A stretch of 64,000 bases of DNA from Octopus bimaculoides. Its lineage: Eukaryota. A program made the position numbers and the translations under genes. The DNA lies in contig NC_068983.1 of assembly GCF_001194135.2 (NCBI RefSeq), positions 66,330,249 through 66,394,248 on the forward strand, given 5' to 3'. The notes beneath the pieces are model-generated. The model searched no databases and was not told where the DNA came from. It saw nothing but the letters and a program-made list of their open reading frames with translations. Each line of letters begins with the position of its first letter. Position 1 is the first letter of the stretch. Shown in pieces: positions 38,401-52,254 of the stretch.

Positions 38401-39789
38401 TTTGCTTATGTGGTGGCCAATTATTGCAACACCCGTAATATACTAGAAATCACTGCAATTCATTTGCTAAAAGAGAAATTCAGCATGTTGATGTATTAGT
38501 TGTTCTTGTTCAAATTTTTTTTTTTTTTTTCATTTTATTCTTAAACATGTCAATGAAGAAATAAAATTATTGGAGGCAGGCTTGAAAATAGTGAACCTTA
38601 CAGTTTAGACACAAAGAGAGATGCACTGTTCTAAACCTAATCAATCTTGTGAAGAAAGTAAAACAGATATCCACAGAAATATCTCTGATTTCTGCTATTA
38701 TGGCTTTAACTTAACCAATCCGTCCTGAGCCTTCAACTCTCACCCATGACCTAGCTGTCATTATTTATAACAAATATTTCATATCCAGTTATCTGATAAG
38801 AACAGGGCTAAAATGTTAAATCTGAAAATTGCTGTGAAGTGAGTCTCAGAAATGAGATGACACATGTTCAAGGGAATCAATAATGAAGGTGCTACTGTTA
38901 ATGAAGATAATCATGGTGCTGGGGGAATGGTGGTGGTGATGATAATATTTAACTGACCTATGGAAAAATTATTTCCAGCTTTGACTACTATCTCCTATTC
39001 AGACAAAATGTATTGAAGACTACATTATCCAAAATATTCTGTTTTCAAGATGATGGGCTCTGGTTTGAGAGATTTGACTATTATTTATAACAGGTTGCAT
39101 AACCGCATAGAGACTCTCTCTTGATATAATCTTCACTACTGCTCAACATCCCATTGAACTCAAACATCAAGCTTACATTCTTAAGACAATGATTGATAGA
39201 ACCTATCACCATTTCGATCTGGTAGTGAGTGACAATCAGAAATATAAAAAGTCAACAGTTGAACACAAATATGCATGCACACATGCACACACACACATGC
39301 ACACACACACATGCACACACACACAGAGGTTTCCTTAATGGCCACCAGTGCAATTTCCATAAAATAAAATCCACTGGTGGCCTGGTCTTCTCTATTACCC
39401 ACCTGTTAGCTCTTGAAAGAATTTGGGGAAAGCAGTGTTTTCATCCCCAACTGCTTGACGACTGGGTTTGGGTGTGTTTATGTCCCTGTAACTTAGCAGT
39501 TTGGCAAAAGAGACTGGTAAAATAAATAGCCTCCAAGCTTTAAAAATAAGCCCTGAACTTGATTTGTTCAATTAAAGCAATGTCCTACCACAGCCACAGT
39601 CCAATAACTAAAACAAGTCAAAGATAAAAGTAGAACAAGCAAGTGGTATGCAAATCTGCAGTTAAAATTACCTGCCTGCATACGACCACTATCTCTTATT
39701 TATAGGATTAGAAAGTTCCTATGAGATAGCATTACTGCCATGTATGTTGAAGGAGCTCTTTATGACCATCATTCATTCAATCCTAGCAT

Positions 39790-40180
39790 GACCCAAGGTT
39801 AGGATTTGGACCTTACTTTCTTCTTTCTATACATCACTAACTTACTTGATATCACATCCGACAACACCCACTCTTGTGCAGATAACATGATGCTTAATTC
39901 TCCATGATATGTTTTACCCATTTACAATCAAGACATTAGACACTAAACACTAAACACAAATTGATTTTATTAACAGAGGTATCAAAAGCCTTCTTCTATA
40001 GGGGTATGTCAATTTTGATTCTTTTAACAGCAAGAAAATGTCAAATCCTACTCATACTGTGAAGACAACATCACACTATACCCATTAATTATGAGCAACA
40101 CTCAGCTATAACCTTCGAAATTACTCTAATTTTGGGATCTCACTGTCACCAAGGATCTCTTTTGGAGAAAGCAAATCATT
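39790..40180 (+). pseudogene. Jockey/CR1-group LINE RT fragment
   Basis: TQG*DLDLTFFFLYITNLLDITSDNTHSCADNMML matches PQGSxLGPxLFxxYINDL...YADD. The downstream LILGSHC/DLFWRKQI resembles LGI..DLSW..HI. Confidence 0.65.
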
Positions 40181-42434
40181 AACAGCCCAATAATTATTAA
40201 TACACTACAGAGCTCAGGTGGAACCCCAATGAGGAATGATGCTACTGCTACACACACACACACACATTTTAGATTGCACCCAGTGAGGGGCCACTCTCTG
40301 TCTTTTCCACATTAATTTCAAGAACATCTGCTCCTTAAGTCAGCTGAGCTAATGTCACCTCCATTCAAGCATTCTGATCTCACTCATTTCTCTTCCTTTT
40401 ATCATCCAGGCCCTACTCTAACCATTATACCCATTCCTTACTTTCCAGAATATCATCCCACTGGAATTCCCAGCTTGCTTACAAAGGAAACATTAATGGC
40501 ATTATTCTTGCTAGTCTAGGAGGGTATGCAAATGCTGTGGATACTCCACCTTACTCCTGACCCAACAAATGAAAAATTCATACATTATCTATCAACTAAT
40601 TCTACTCATTAAGATATTGGTTGACCAGTGTTGTAGCAGAAGACACTTGCTCTAGGTGCTGCACTGAGTAACTGAATCCATAATCATGTGGTTACAAAGA
40701 AAACTACTCAACTATGCAGCCATATTTGTACCTACACACACACATTCTGATTGACACTGATTAGAAATTAGGTGATAAAGTATACTAAATACCTGCTTTT
40801 ACACAGATATGGATTGGATGAGTTTGCAAATTATTATTCAGAGAAAATTTAATCTAAATATGCAAACATATTTAGTAATGTTTAATCACTGTTGCCATTC
40901 TATTCTATGTCAGTAGTTTTAGCAATAACTTGTACTCAAAATAATTTATTGATGGAAGAGATGATAAATCTGTGGAATTATCTTTGTGTGACATTAGAGG
41001 TATCGATTTCATAAATGTTAAATTTAAATACATTTAGTCAATGGAGCTACAATATTCCCTTGGAACAAAAATACATACTGATATTGAAATACTGTTACAT
41101 TATCCTTTGTTAATAAAGACAAAGCAACTGGATAATTATTTACAGAGCTAATGTTAAATGTTATATGGAACTCAGAATATAAGTAAAGATCTATGTCATT
41201 TTTATTTTGTTCAATCTGTTTCTGCTGCAACTAGCAAGAATATTTGAAATAAGTTCACTGAATTTAATTTCATGTCCTGAAATATCTGAAGTTGTTATAT
41301 GTAACCTAATGGCTATATGATTAAAGTATATTTTTGCTGACCAAATTGGTTAGAGTTCAGATCTCACTATTACTACTTGCTGTGCACCTGATTGAAGTAT
41401 CTACCTGTGCTGGTTCCCATTTGTATAACTCTTTAAAACAAAGGGATAAAGCTCTTTCCCAAGTCATATAGATGCATATGGCTAGTTTTCTGATTCCATG
41501 GCATCTATACTCCCTTCCTAGATGGGATGCTTGTGCAGTGCAGGATTATTTATTTTTGCTGACTGAGTGGACTGGAGCAACACATCGCTTGGTCCAGGTA
41601 TCAAGACCATAATCTTACAATCATGATCACAACACCCTAATCAGTAAGCTACATGCCTCCACTTTAAAACACAGGATTTACTCTTATTTCACATTCAAGC
41701 AGTAACAGTGTAATCCAACTGTTATGACAATAAGTAAGCTTTCCAGAACTCAACACTCCACAATGACCAATGATTACATTACAGTATATGCATTCAACAT
41801 GATAACTACATATGCCTCCAAACAGTATAGCCCATAAAGCAACATAAATACAACTCTCATTCACAATTATATATAAAAGCAGAGGTAACTACAAAGATCC
41901 AGCTGTCCACTCATTCTGTATTTACACAACCCTTTCAGATTTTCTTAAAACAATCATGCATACACATAATTTAACCATTCCTCAGATATAACTGCTCTGA
42001 CAAGGAAACCTGTATATGATCACTCAACCTGCCAAAAATAGTAGCCAAATTTTGATCAACCTGATCAAAATTTGATCCTGCTATCTTCCAAAAACCCACA
42101 TAGGATAAGGTAATCTAGGATAAACAATTTCTGCAATAAAGCAAAATGGTCAGAGTTTAAATGTCTTTAATCATGGACTGATAATTCAAGGATGAATTTG
42201 TACTAACCAACAATTTCATTAACCTTATATCAAATGTATGAATGACTTTAAAAAAAAAAATACAGGCTGAATGTAGCCACCTACTAAATCCACCATTTTT
42301 CTCTTACTAGACATACCAAAGGCATCACCTACACTTGCATAACTAAATGCTGAAAATGCATGACTACCTGGATCTGCAAAGAGTACTGATTGTAATTGCA
42401 ACAAGCCTCAATTGTTGCTACCACCAGTTATAAG

Positions 42435-42623
42435 CAGGGGCGTAGCTAGGGTAAATGGTGCCCAAGGCAAGCCTCAAAATTGCAAACACCCCCCGCCCAG
42501 CCAAAAAGTGCAAACTTGCTTAGAAATTGCTTAATTAGAAAATGATCTTGGTCAAAATTACGCCTCCATCAAAGTGGTGCCCAGAGCATGTGCCCTGCCT
42601 GCTCCACCCTAGCTATGCCCCTG
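42435..42623. mobile_element. hAT-type MITE
   Basis: The 17-bp TIRs are caggggcgtagctaggg and ccctagctatgcccctg. The flanks gttataag and cctataaa fit a decayed 8-bp TSD. Confidence 0.75.
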
Positions 42624-44429
42624 CCTATAAACATACAGAAACTAATGGGAGAATGAAGAGAATGAATGTCTAGACTGTAACATTGCGCTTCCATACAGTT
42701 AACCTCTACATGACATAATGTGAAGTATTTCTCCCAATTGTATGGATATATGGCATATCTAGAGGTAGATATGATTAGCTGATTACCTATGCCTTAGGTT
42801 TGACCAAGTAACAACAGCATTATTTTAAGGGGAAATATTCTACATGCAAGCATGCAAAAAAGGCATAAAACAGCACCAAAATATTTGTGCTTAAAAATTG
42901 ATAAAATGTTTTGATTTCCACCACCTCCATCGTCCTCATCATTACCACTACTGCTGTTACCTCCACCACAGACATCAATATTGTCATCATTCAAATGTTT
43001 ATATTTTTTATGGTTAAGTTAGTTCAAGGATTTTAAAATATTGCATCTCGTCTTATCAATGAAAGTTAGCGTTCCCTGATCTAAAGACTTCTTTCTAGGT
43101 TTTCCTTTTGTTTATCTATATTTTAACTACATTTAACCATGAATTCTCAACACATTTTCATGCAACTGCGTCGTCTATTCATACTACATATCCATATCGA
43201 TGAAGGGTCTCTCTCTCTCTCTTTTGCATACACTGATTGATGCATCTGATACTCAACTACTTTTTCAAATGCTTTAAATCAACCTTTTAAGTTAACATCA
43301 CACATCTAAGACATGATACTAGATGAATTCATTTCACATACTTCTAGCTTTTACATTTATAGTCCATGTTTTACAGGGAAACATTAATTACATTTCTTGA
43401 ACAAACTTCATATGATTTACTTTTTGCATGGGAAGAAATACCTTTTGTTTTGTTATCGTTGAATAGCTGTGATGCCTTCTGCTTGAACAGGTCGGTAGCA
43501 TAGAAGAAGCCAACCAAATGATTAAGATCAGCCAAGAAGTCCAGAATCTAGAGATAAGTAAATATAAGATGTTCTGTATATTAATGTGGGCAGAACTTCA
43601 GTATTTAACCAACATTGTAAACATAGCAGCCTTGTCTTTATTGTTGGGTGGGTTGTCATAAAATTTTATGACTTAAAATAGGAAGCTTATTTTTAAAGAT
43701 AATAGGGTGTTTGTTAAGTGAGTGTTAACTGCTACCCTGAGATTATCAAAAAATAGATACACAATCTATTGCAAAGTTACAGAAAAGAATTTGTTGCCAT
43801 GCAGTCGAAGTTCTCAAAATTTCAATTATATTTGATTATATCAATTGAATAGTTTTTTTAATGTCTGAGGTATTAATTAATTGAAAATTCATATCAGAAC
43901 ATTTTTGTGACAATAATTAGTTAGTATGTTAAATACTAACCATACAAGATATTATTAGAAATACTAAATTTACACGAAGTCTTTAAATCTGTGTTAGATC
44001 TAACTTGGAAATATTGTCGAACTGTCAGTTTAATTGAATCTTCAGTTGTCAAGTGCAATAATACATCTTACTCATCAGCTGAAACTAATATTTGCTTCTT
44101 CAAATATGTATTGGAAAGCATGAATTTCCATTATATGACTATCTGTCATTTTATATATATTTAGTATTACTTCAAAATCATCTGGCTGGTGTATCAACAA
44201 ATCTGGTATAAAACATTCCTTCTGTGTTTTGGGCTCAAGTTCTATCTATTTAATTTAAACATTTGAGTTTGTTATTGTTGTGTAGCCTTACATTAGCTCA
44301 AAGTGACCTGAGTTATGGTACATACTTTGACAGTAAAATAGCAAAGTTCAACCTATAGATTTACTGATCCATGTATATGTGTGTATGTACATGAATATCA
44401 CTGTATTGACCAAACTCTCAATGTTGTTA

Positions 44430-44690
44430 AACACTGCTGATCACAATGCACTTACATTGTTGTAGCTTTCAAATGATGTCACTCTATTGCCCAAGCAGAC
44501 AAACCTATGGCATCTAAGTAGCTGAAATTATGACATTACTTCTAAACAGAATGCCAGTCTGTTGCAAGGTATCTCACTTACAGGTGAGTGAACTGATATG
44601 TTTTGTTCAAGAACACAACACTCTGTCCCATCCAGGAACTGAAACCATAATCTTTCATTTATAAGTGCAGTCCCTAACCACTATGCCCCA
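44430..44690 (-). mobile_element. Third SINE family (decayed)
   Basis: It ends in a tRNA-like head (caggaactgaaaccataatc...cagtccctaaccact). A related copy lies at ~41450-41660. Confidence 0.5.
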
Positions 44691-44762
44691 ATGAATTACC
44701 GGTTCAATACCTAATATTTGTTGTGAATAATAATGTTCATAAAGCAATAAGTTTATATATAG

Positions 44763-44870
44763 ATCATGGTTTATAATCATTCAAAAGGAAGTAAGAAAAT
44801 GGAGGTAAGTTTTTACTAAATGCTGTATCTCCATTTTCTTACTTTCTTTTGAATGATTATAAACCATGAT
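44763..44870. repeat. Fold-back inverted repeat, 42-bp arms, 24-nt spacer
   Basis: atcatggtttataatcattcaaaaggaagtaagaaaatggag pairs with ctccattttcttactttcttttgaatgattataaaccatgat. Confidence 0.88.
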
Positions 44871-46682
44871 ATACATATGTATATATATAGTAAATCTAAA
44901 AAAAAGGAAGGAAGAACAAACGAAAAAAACAACAACAATGCAAGGACATGGTATATGTAAAGTATTAGCAGACACTCAGGGAAGGAAAGATAGTTTAATG
45001 TTTTGAGCAGATTCTCTCTGGTTCTCTTTTCTGTCATTTCCAACTGAGTTAGCCATGTATCTCCTCTACTGAAAGACACCTGTTTCAATCACCTCTTATA
45101 ACCTGGCAGAAAGCCACCACCCTCACTACTACTCACCCTTTCAGGTGAGATATCTTGTCTTGCAATTTATTCGGTAACCTTGCTGCTGCTGCTGCTGGCT
45201 CCACACAAACAGCATTCAGTATGCTCTATAAAATAGTTGGAATTAGAAAGTGCATCCAGTCATAGAAACCAAGCCAAATCTGACAGTAAAGCTTGGCACA
45301 GTCCTTTGGATCACAAGCTCCTGTCAAGTCATCCAACCCAATACAGCATGGAAAGCAGAACTTAAATGATGAAGATGATGATATTCTCCCACCTCAAGCC
45401 TTATTTGGATTTATTCTTACAAATGCATCATTGAGGCATACCAGCAAATGTTTTTTTTACATGATTTGATATAGTCATAGACTGGTAATTCAGTTCGTCT
45501 CCAATTCGCTTCAGGAGTGTGATGTTGATAAGCCACTAAAATGGAAAACATCGATGTCCATCACTCCTGAATGGGATTTTGGGTGAGCTGTCTTTTGCCT
45601 GTCTATGACTTACAGGTGCTTTAACACCCAGTGATTTGAGTGAGCCATCCCTACCATACTAAACCACTGCCTACTGGCAAACAAGGAAACAGCACATACA
45701 TTGAGCATGTGTGGCCAATAATGTTTACAACTGTAGAGCTACTTCCAGTTCTTATTTGAATATATAAATATGTGTGTGTGCATTTATATATAACTATATA
45801 TATATATATATATATATACTCAAATACAAACACACTTCACTCTCATGCATATATATGTGCATACACACTCACAACTACATATCTTGAGCAATTTAAAAAT
45901 AAACTGAATGATTTATTTAGCAATTTCCCATTGTTTTATCCCCTCTTTCTGCCTTCATTAATTTATCTCAGTTTTTCATTTTTTTTTTTTTTTTACTTAT
46001 TGTATGATTGCACATAACTCCTCAATACTAACATTACTGTCGGATCAAGTGTTCATACGGCTGGATTTTCTTTCACTGGACTACTAGATACAACTAAACT
46101 GACATAGACAATGAAAGATATACAGTAGTCGGGGTATGATTTAGCTGCTATTTTTGACACAGATTTTCCCTTGTCAGTTGATAATATTGGTTTCAAATTT
46201 TGGCATAAGACCAGCATTTTTCTGTGGGTGGGAGTAAGTCAATTACATCAACTCTGTTCTCAGCTAGAACTTATTTTATCGATGCCCACCCCCTATACAC
46301 ACACAAGAATGAACGGCAAAGTTGACCTTGGAGGAATTTGAACTCAGAACATAAGGATGGACAAAATGCCACTAAGCACTTTGCCCAGCATGTTGACAAT
46401 TCTGCCAACTCACCACTTTTGTTATTGATAATATTGCTAGATAATCTGGTATCAACTGTTGCCAGCTTAGTGATCTGATAAAGTGTTCTCCATAAAATAC
46501 AATGTTACATGCATCAAGATTGAAGCCTGACTGTATGATCTGTTGTGTGTAATTAACAATGTTTGGTTTGCAATCTACCAGTCTAAGTTTATAATCACAA
46601 TGACCCTAAACCTTAACCTTTTAATAGACATTTTCATTCATTGATTATTTTAGCTGACAGCTCAACATTCACTTACCTTGCA

Positions 46683-46912
46683 CCTTAACATTCTTTTACT
46701 GTATACCGTTAATTCTTTCAGTGATGTCTTAATATTATATTATATCATGTCTTAACATTCTTTCACCTGATGCATTCACATTCCTTTACATGATATCAAT
46801 TTTTTTTTCCTTGAAACCTTAGCATTCTTTTGCTGCTCACTTTAAACATTCTTTTACTTAACACCATAATATTATTTAACTTGATATCTTAAAATTCTTT
46901 TACTCGATATCT
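46683..46912. repeat. Degenerate ~23-bp minisatellite, about 10 units
   Basis: A cttaacattcttttac-like core recurs (46685, 46750, 46820, 46843, 46890 and others). Confidence 0.6.
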
Positions 46913-48099
46913 TTGTGATAACTGCTGAGTATCTTCAACAATTCTCCCTTCGCAACAAATTCATAGAAACTTTGTCATTAAATGCATTTTATTTTTACCT
47001 CTCTCTTTGTTTCTGAATCACAACTATCCATGGGATCACTACTTATCTCCAGTTTCCATGAGAGCATGAGAAACAAAAATTTCTTGATCTTATAGCAAAT
47101 TGTCCTTTATGAGGGGGTTGGAGATCGAACTCTGCACACTAAATCAATAAATCACAATTACAAAGTAATGCAATTGTTTACAGTGGGGAATTATATCACC
47201 GTCAGTAACTACTTATAGCTCTGGAGATTGTGCTATAGGGAGTAGATGTCTTGGCCATGACAACAACACAGTACATCTGAATGGGCTTGTCTACTGGTTA
47301 CTTGATATTCAACTGACTTGGCTATTGAGACTCATACTTATTCCTTTTTTAAAAGCAGAAATTCCCATCAACCCAAATCACTGAAAATCCCAACCATTTT
47401 GCTTTTGTAAAGAATTATTAATCTTAACATAAGGTAGTAAGTTTTGTAGTACAGATGGAATTCACAACCTTATTTCAGTTCAGGTCAAAATCTAATTTAC
47501 TTCAGTTACACTGTTACTGACCTTCAGAAAGACATGAAATTCACAAAATTTCATTCAAACATTGCTAGGTATGTATAAGTTGCAAATCCATATTTCAGTG
47601 TAAATTATAGATATTGAAACACCCTATGTTACCCTTTAAAAGATTTCTGCATTTAAGCTTCTGTAAGGGACTGCTGTGCTGTTTCTAAAGATATTGCTAT
47701 ACACCACACTTAGTATAAATGTATGCAAACATACATGCATGTATACATGTATGTACGCATGTATGTATGCATATATGTATGTATGCATGTATATATGTAT
47801 GTATTTATGCATGTATGTATGTACACATGTATAGATGTATGTACGCATGTAGGGCGGAGGTGTGGTTGATGTAAATATCAGTATTGTTGGGGATAGTGAA
47901 AGAATAAGAGTGGTTTAGCAAAGAGGAGTTGTTAAGTGGCAGTACAGAAAGAGAAGAGATATGCTGTATAAAAGACCTGTAGGTAGATCAGAAAACAAGT
48001 AGATTATGTACAGGCTGGAAGAGTGAGTGTAAGAGATTGAGAGAGAGAGAGAGAGAGAGATATGTATAGTGACAGGGATAGTTATCAGAGGTATTGTAG

Positions 48100-48330
48100 C
48101 AGTGGCTATAGTAAGTGGGAGTCAAAGATGGGAGGAGAGACCTTCAACAGCAGATATGATAGGGTGATGAGAATGACAGCAGATAAGAGAGTGTTAAAAA
48201 TAATGTAACGGTAGTTCTTTAGGTAGTTGTAAACAGCTATATTTTCATTAGGAATGTGTGAAAGACTGAGTCTAGAGGGTGTTGAGCAAGTGGCTGAGAC
48301 AGACGTTGGCAATTTGCTTCACCACCACCA
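48100..48330 (+). pseudogene. RTE LINE C-terminal relic
   Basis: Reads RYDRVMRMTADKRVLKIM (cf. RWYGHVMRMxEDRxxK), followed by a DL..LGL-like region. Confidence 0.5.
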
Positions 48331-49149
48331 GAACGGTTAAATGTTCAAAGCCGAGAAACATAGCCCTCAAATATTTAGTCCACTAGCTGAGTGATAAAGA
48401 TCAATAGAGTAAGTGGTAGCAGCAACACTATATACTTGGTCAGTGGTTTACTTGCTTGTAGTGCTAAGTTCACTTTGCTTTTAGAGAAAAGGTTGTAATA
48501 TTTTAGACATTCTGAGTTCAAATTCTATCAGGGTTGATTTTGCCTTTCATCCTTATGGAGTTGATAAAATGAGCACCAGTTGAGCACTGGGGTTGATGTC
48601 ATTGACTTACCCACTTAACCTAAAATTGTACAAAAATTTAAAACAAAAATTTCAGCATCCTGTCTGGGGACAAATTTTACCCTTATCCAATTGATACCTA
48701 TAGAATACTCACAGAAACTAAGCCATATATACTAAGCTGTTGGGCTCTTGAAGTTCGTGAAAGGTTTTTACCATCACTACCAACACCGCTACAATGACGA
48801 CGACCATGACCACCACCACCACCACCATAAGTTCTTGTATTTCCTCCATAATATCATTGCAAATGGCAATGCTATTGCCTTCGATTCTTTGATCACTATG
48901 AATATCCTCATTTGTTCAGCAAGTCTACTGTTACCCCTCACTGTTGCTATTATCATAAGCTCTAACATCACTTCCAAGATTTCCATCATCCCAGCTATCG
49001 ATACTAACTCTATCATTTCTTCCACTACTACTCTTACTACCAACACCATCATTACTACCACATTCATTAATTTGAGAAAATCACCAGAAACAACATCAAC
49101 AACAGCAATAAAAATACTGCTTTTAGAGTCAGCACTTACATATTAATGA

Positions 49150-49322
49150 TAATAGTAACAGCACCACCACTACTACAACTACTTTGTTCATTACTCCTGT
49201 GTATTGAAGCATTCGCCACCTCTACCAACAAATATACTAACCACATCACTGCAACAACTACCACCATCATCAACATTATTATCCTCCTCCAATATTACTA
49301 ATATTACTACTACTACTACTAC

Positions 49323-49398
<76 letters not shown>

Positions 49399-49700
49399 TA
49401 TGATGATGATGATAATAATAATAATAAAACCACCACTACCCCCATCACCATCACTATCACCACCATCACTACCAGCACCATCACCACCACCACTATCACC
49501 ATCACCGCCATCACCAGCACCACCATCATCATCATCACCACCACCACTACCATAAACACCACTACAATCATCACCACCATCATCACCACCACTAGCACTG
49601 CCATCACCACCACCAAAAGCACATCAGCACCAACGCCAGTACCTCTATCATCACCAGATACCCCCCAACATCAAGATGATTACTATCTCCATCTTCGTCA
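49150..49700. repeat. Compound trinucleotide repeats (ACT)n/(AAT)n/(CAC,CAT)n
   Basis: Read directly. The poly-N/poly-T ORF at 49204-49704 is a by-product. Confidence 0.9.
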
Positions 49701-50192
49701 TTGATAAAACTATCTCAGCACAGTTTCATGTATCAGGTTAGTTGATAGATATATGAGTGCATACATAGTTGCATAATATCAGGATGGCTGCAGCAGCTTA
49801 CATCAGGGTGCAGTGCATATGGACAGTGAGCTTATATATTGCAGACTGTTAAAATTAGAGATGTTCCTTGTCTCTGAATGCACTATCACTGGCAGTTATA
49901 TATTAATAGAAGCTAGTTTCATATGTATGTTTATATATGCATAAATAGATAAGTATATATAGATGAGTATATATAGGTGCGTGTGTGTTTGTATGAACAA
50001 ATACATATCTAGACGTGTATTAAAATGCATGCATATATATGTATTTATATCTACATAAATAAATAGTATATACATACATAAATAATATGTATGTAAGAAT
50101 GTATGTATTTATGTATTATGTATGTATGGAAATATATGCATCCATATATCTATATATGAATATATCTCTCATCTTTCTACCTCGCTGTCTCA

Positions 50193-50228
<36 letters not shown>

Positions 50229-50432
50229 NNNNNNNNNNNNNNNNNNNNNNNNNNNNNNNNNTATATATATATATTTATATATGTGTGTATACATGCCTAT
50301 ATGTGTGTGTGTATGAAGGTATGTACATACATGTACATATATATGCATATACTCATATATTGTTTGTATAAGTATATATATATGTATATATGCATATATA
50401 CATATGTACATATATACATATATTTATGTGTG

Positions 50433-50497
<65 letters not shown>

Positions 50498-50571
50498 GAC
50501 AGGACAGCAAACATTAAGGCAAGGCAAACATCTCAAGTCATATAAAATATTATTATAGGAAGAAATTCAAA

Positions 50572-50626
50572 ATCTTACAGCTGTCTCTGGGATATCCCCA
50601 AGCATGGATATTCCATCATTAGAGAC
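50572..50626 (-). ncRNA. Degenerate minimal type-I hammerhead ribozyme
   Basis: The minus strand reads tct-CTAATGA-tggaatatcc(atgcttgg)ggatatccca-GAGAC-agct-GTA-aga. Stem II is 10 bp with one mismatch, stem III has a palindromic loop and stem I is 3-4 bp. The core deviates from CUGAUGA/GAAAC at two positions. Confidence 0.55.
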
Positions 50627-50704
50627 AAATAGGGAAAATGAGAATGGTATATATTAATGAGATGACGACATAGAGGAAAAAGATTAAGGAGATGGAAGGA
50701 AAAG

Positions 50705-50785
50705 GAAGCATAAAAATTCCTAGTCAAACTTTCTGCAGTTATAATCTATAACTTCAGAAAGTGGAACTAGGAACTTTTATGCTTC
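50705..50785. repeat. Imperfect 39-bp hairpin, 3-nt loop
   Basis: gaagcataaaaattcctagtcaaactttctgcagttata-atc-tataacttcagaaagtggaactaggaacttttatgcttc. Confidence 0.85.
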
Positions 50786-51160
50786 TTTTTTTCTTTTTGG
50801 AAATCTGCAATGGGTCCATAACTACCGTCTCGGCTATGACCTTGGAGCCCTAGTAATCCATTACAGCACTTACCTAGCCTACCTCAATATTTAGATCACC
50901 TGTGAACTAAACCCCTATACTTTGTATGTATGTATCTATGTATATATANNNNNNNNNNNNNNNNNNNNNNNNNNNNNNNNNNNNNNNNNNNNNNNNNNNN
51001 NNNNNNNNNNNNNNNNNNNNNNNNNNNNNNNNNNNNNNNNNNNNNNNNNNNNNNNNNNNNNNNNNNNNNNNNNNNNNNNNNNNNNNNNNNNNNNNNNNNN
51101 NNNNNNNNNNNNNNNNNNNNNNNNNNNNNNNNNNNNNNNNNNNNNNNNNNNNNNNNNNNN

Positions 51161-51193
<33 letters not shown>

Positions 51194-51454
51194 ATACATA
51201 TGTATATATATGCATATCATATATAGATATTTATGTGTATATATGTAGATACATGTGTGTGTAAAAAATAATAAAATTGAATTGAATTTAATGATTGAAT
51301 TATGTAATTGATCAAATTATTGTTTAGGTTTCCATTTCTAATTTATATATGTATATACTCTTTACTCTTTTACTCCTTTAATTGTTTCAGTCATTTAACT
51401 GTGCCCATGCTGGAGCACCGTATTTAGTCGAGCAAATCGACCCCAGGACTTATT

Positions 51455-51497
<43 letters not shown>

Positions 51498-51599
51498 CTC
51501 TAATGTACAACAAACCGATTTAAATATAATAATTTAAATATTACATTAATTTACTACATATTGCATCAGTAAATGGTTATTTTTACATTTACATAAAAT

Positions 51600-52217
51600 A
51601 TAACAATGATATCTTCCAGTTTTGTGTATACAACTATAAAAAGCAAAACTTTAACTACTTTTATTTTCTGCATTTATGGATCACATATTGAAGGGAATAG
51701 AATTATGGGATTCATATTTACATACAGCCAAGGTGGATTACCGCAGAGGATTTTACCATGGATGTATATTATTTCTTCAAAATTTTTAGCACAAAGTTGT
51801 ACCAATGCATATCTATACCAGTAACTTTTTAAACAACATCTTTTTTATATATTTTTAAATAGCATTCGATTGACTACATGGAAATTCACCCTTTTAGATT
51901 TCATTTCGAAGGGTAATACATTCATGAAATGATCGTAAGATATTTTAAGCTTTTTAAATAATCATACTTTATATATCTTTATATCTATCCATTAATACAA
52001 TATTATTTGGGACATATATCTTCTGTGATGATTTTTGATGTAATTTTCCTGCTCTTATTTTATAATATATAATCATTCTAATTAAATGTTTAGATACCTT
52101 TAATGTTTTAGACATTTCCCTACCAGGAGCAGTTATTAGAAATTCAGTATATTGTATTCTCATTGAATATATTTGATTAACGATATATATATTGAGCTCT
52201 ATATATATGAAGAGCAC
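51600..52217 (-). pseudogene. Unidentified decayed ORF divergent from the Penelope-like ORF
   Basis: Long open stretches can be joined across a few stops and a frameshift: MRIQYTEFLITAPGREMSK...MDRYKDI / LFKKLKISYDHFMNVLPFEMKSKRVNFHVVNRMLFKNI*KRCCLKSYWYRYALVQLCAKNFEEIIYIHGKILCGNPPWLYVNMNPIILFPSICDP. I do not recognise the family. Confidence 0.35.
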
Positions 52218-52254
52218 TTAATACCGGATTCATTAAGCATAGAAAAACAAATAT

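Noticed and set aside
43490-43560. Possible plus-strand exon VGSIEEANQMIKISQEVQNLEI
   Set aside because: The splice signals are only moderate, there is no partner exon, and I do not recognise the protein.
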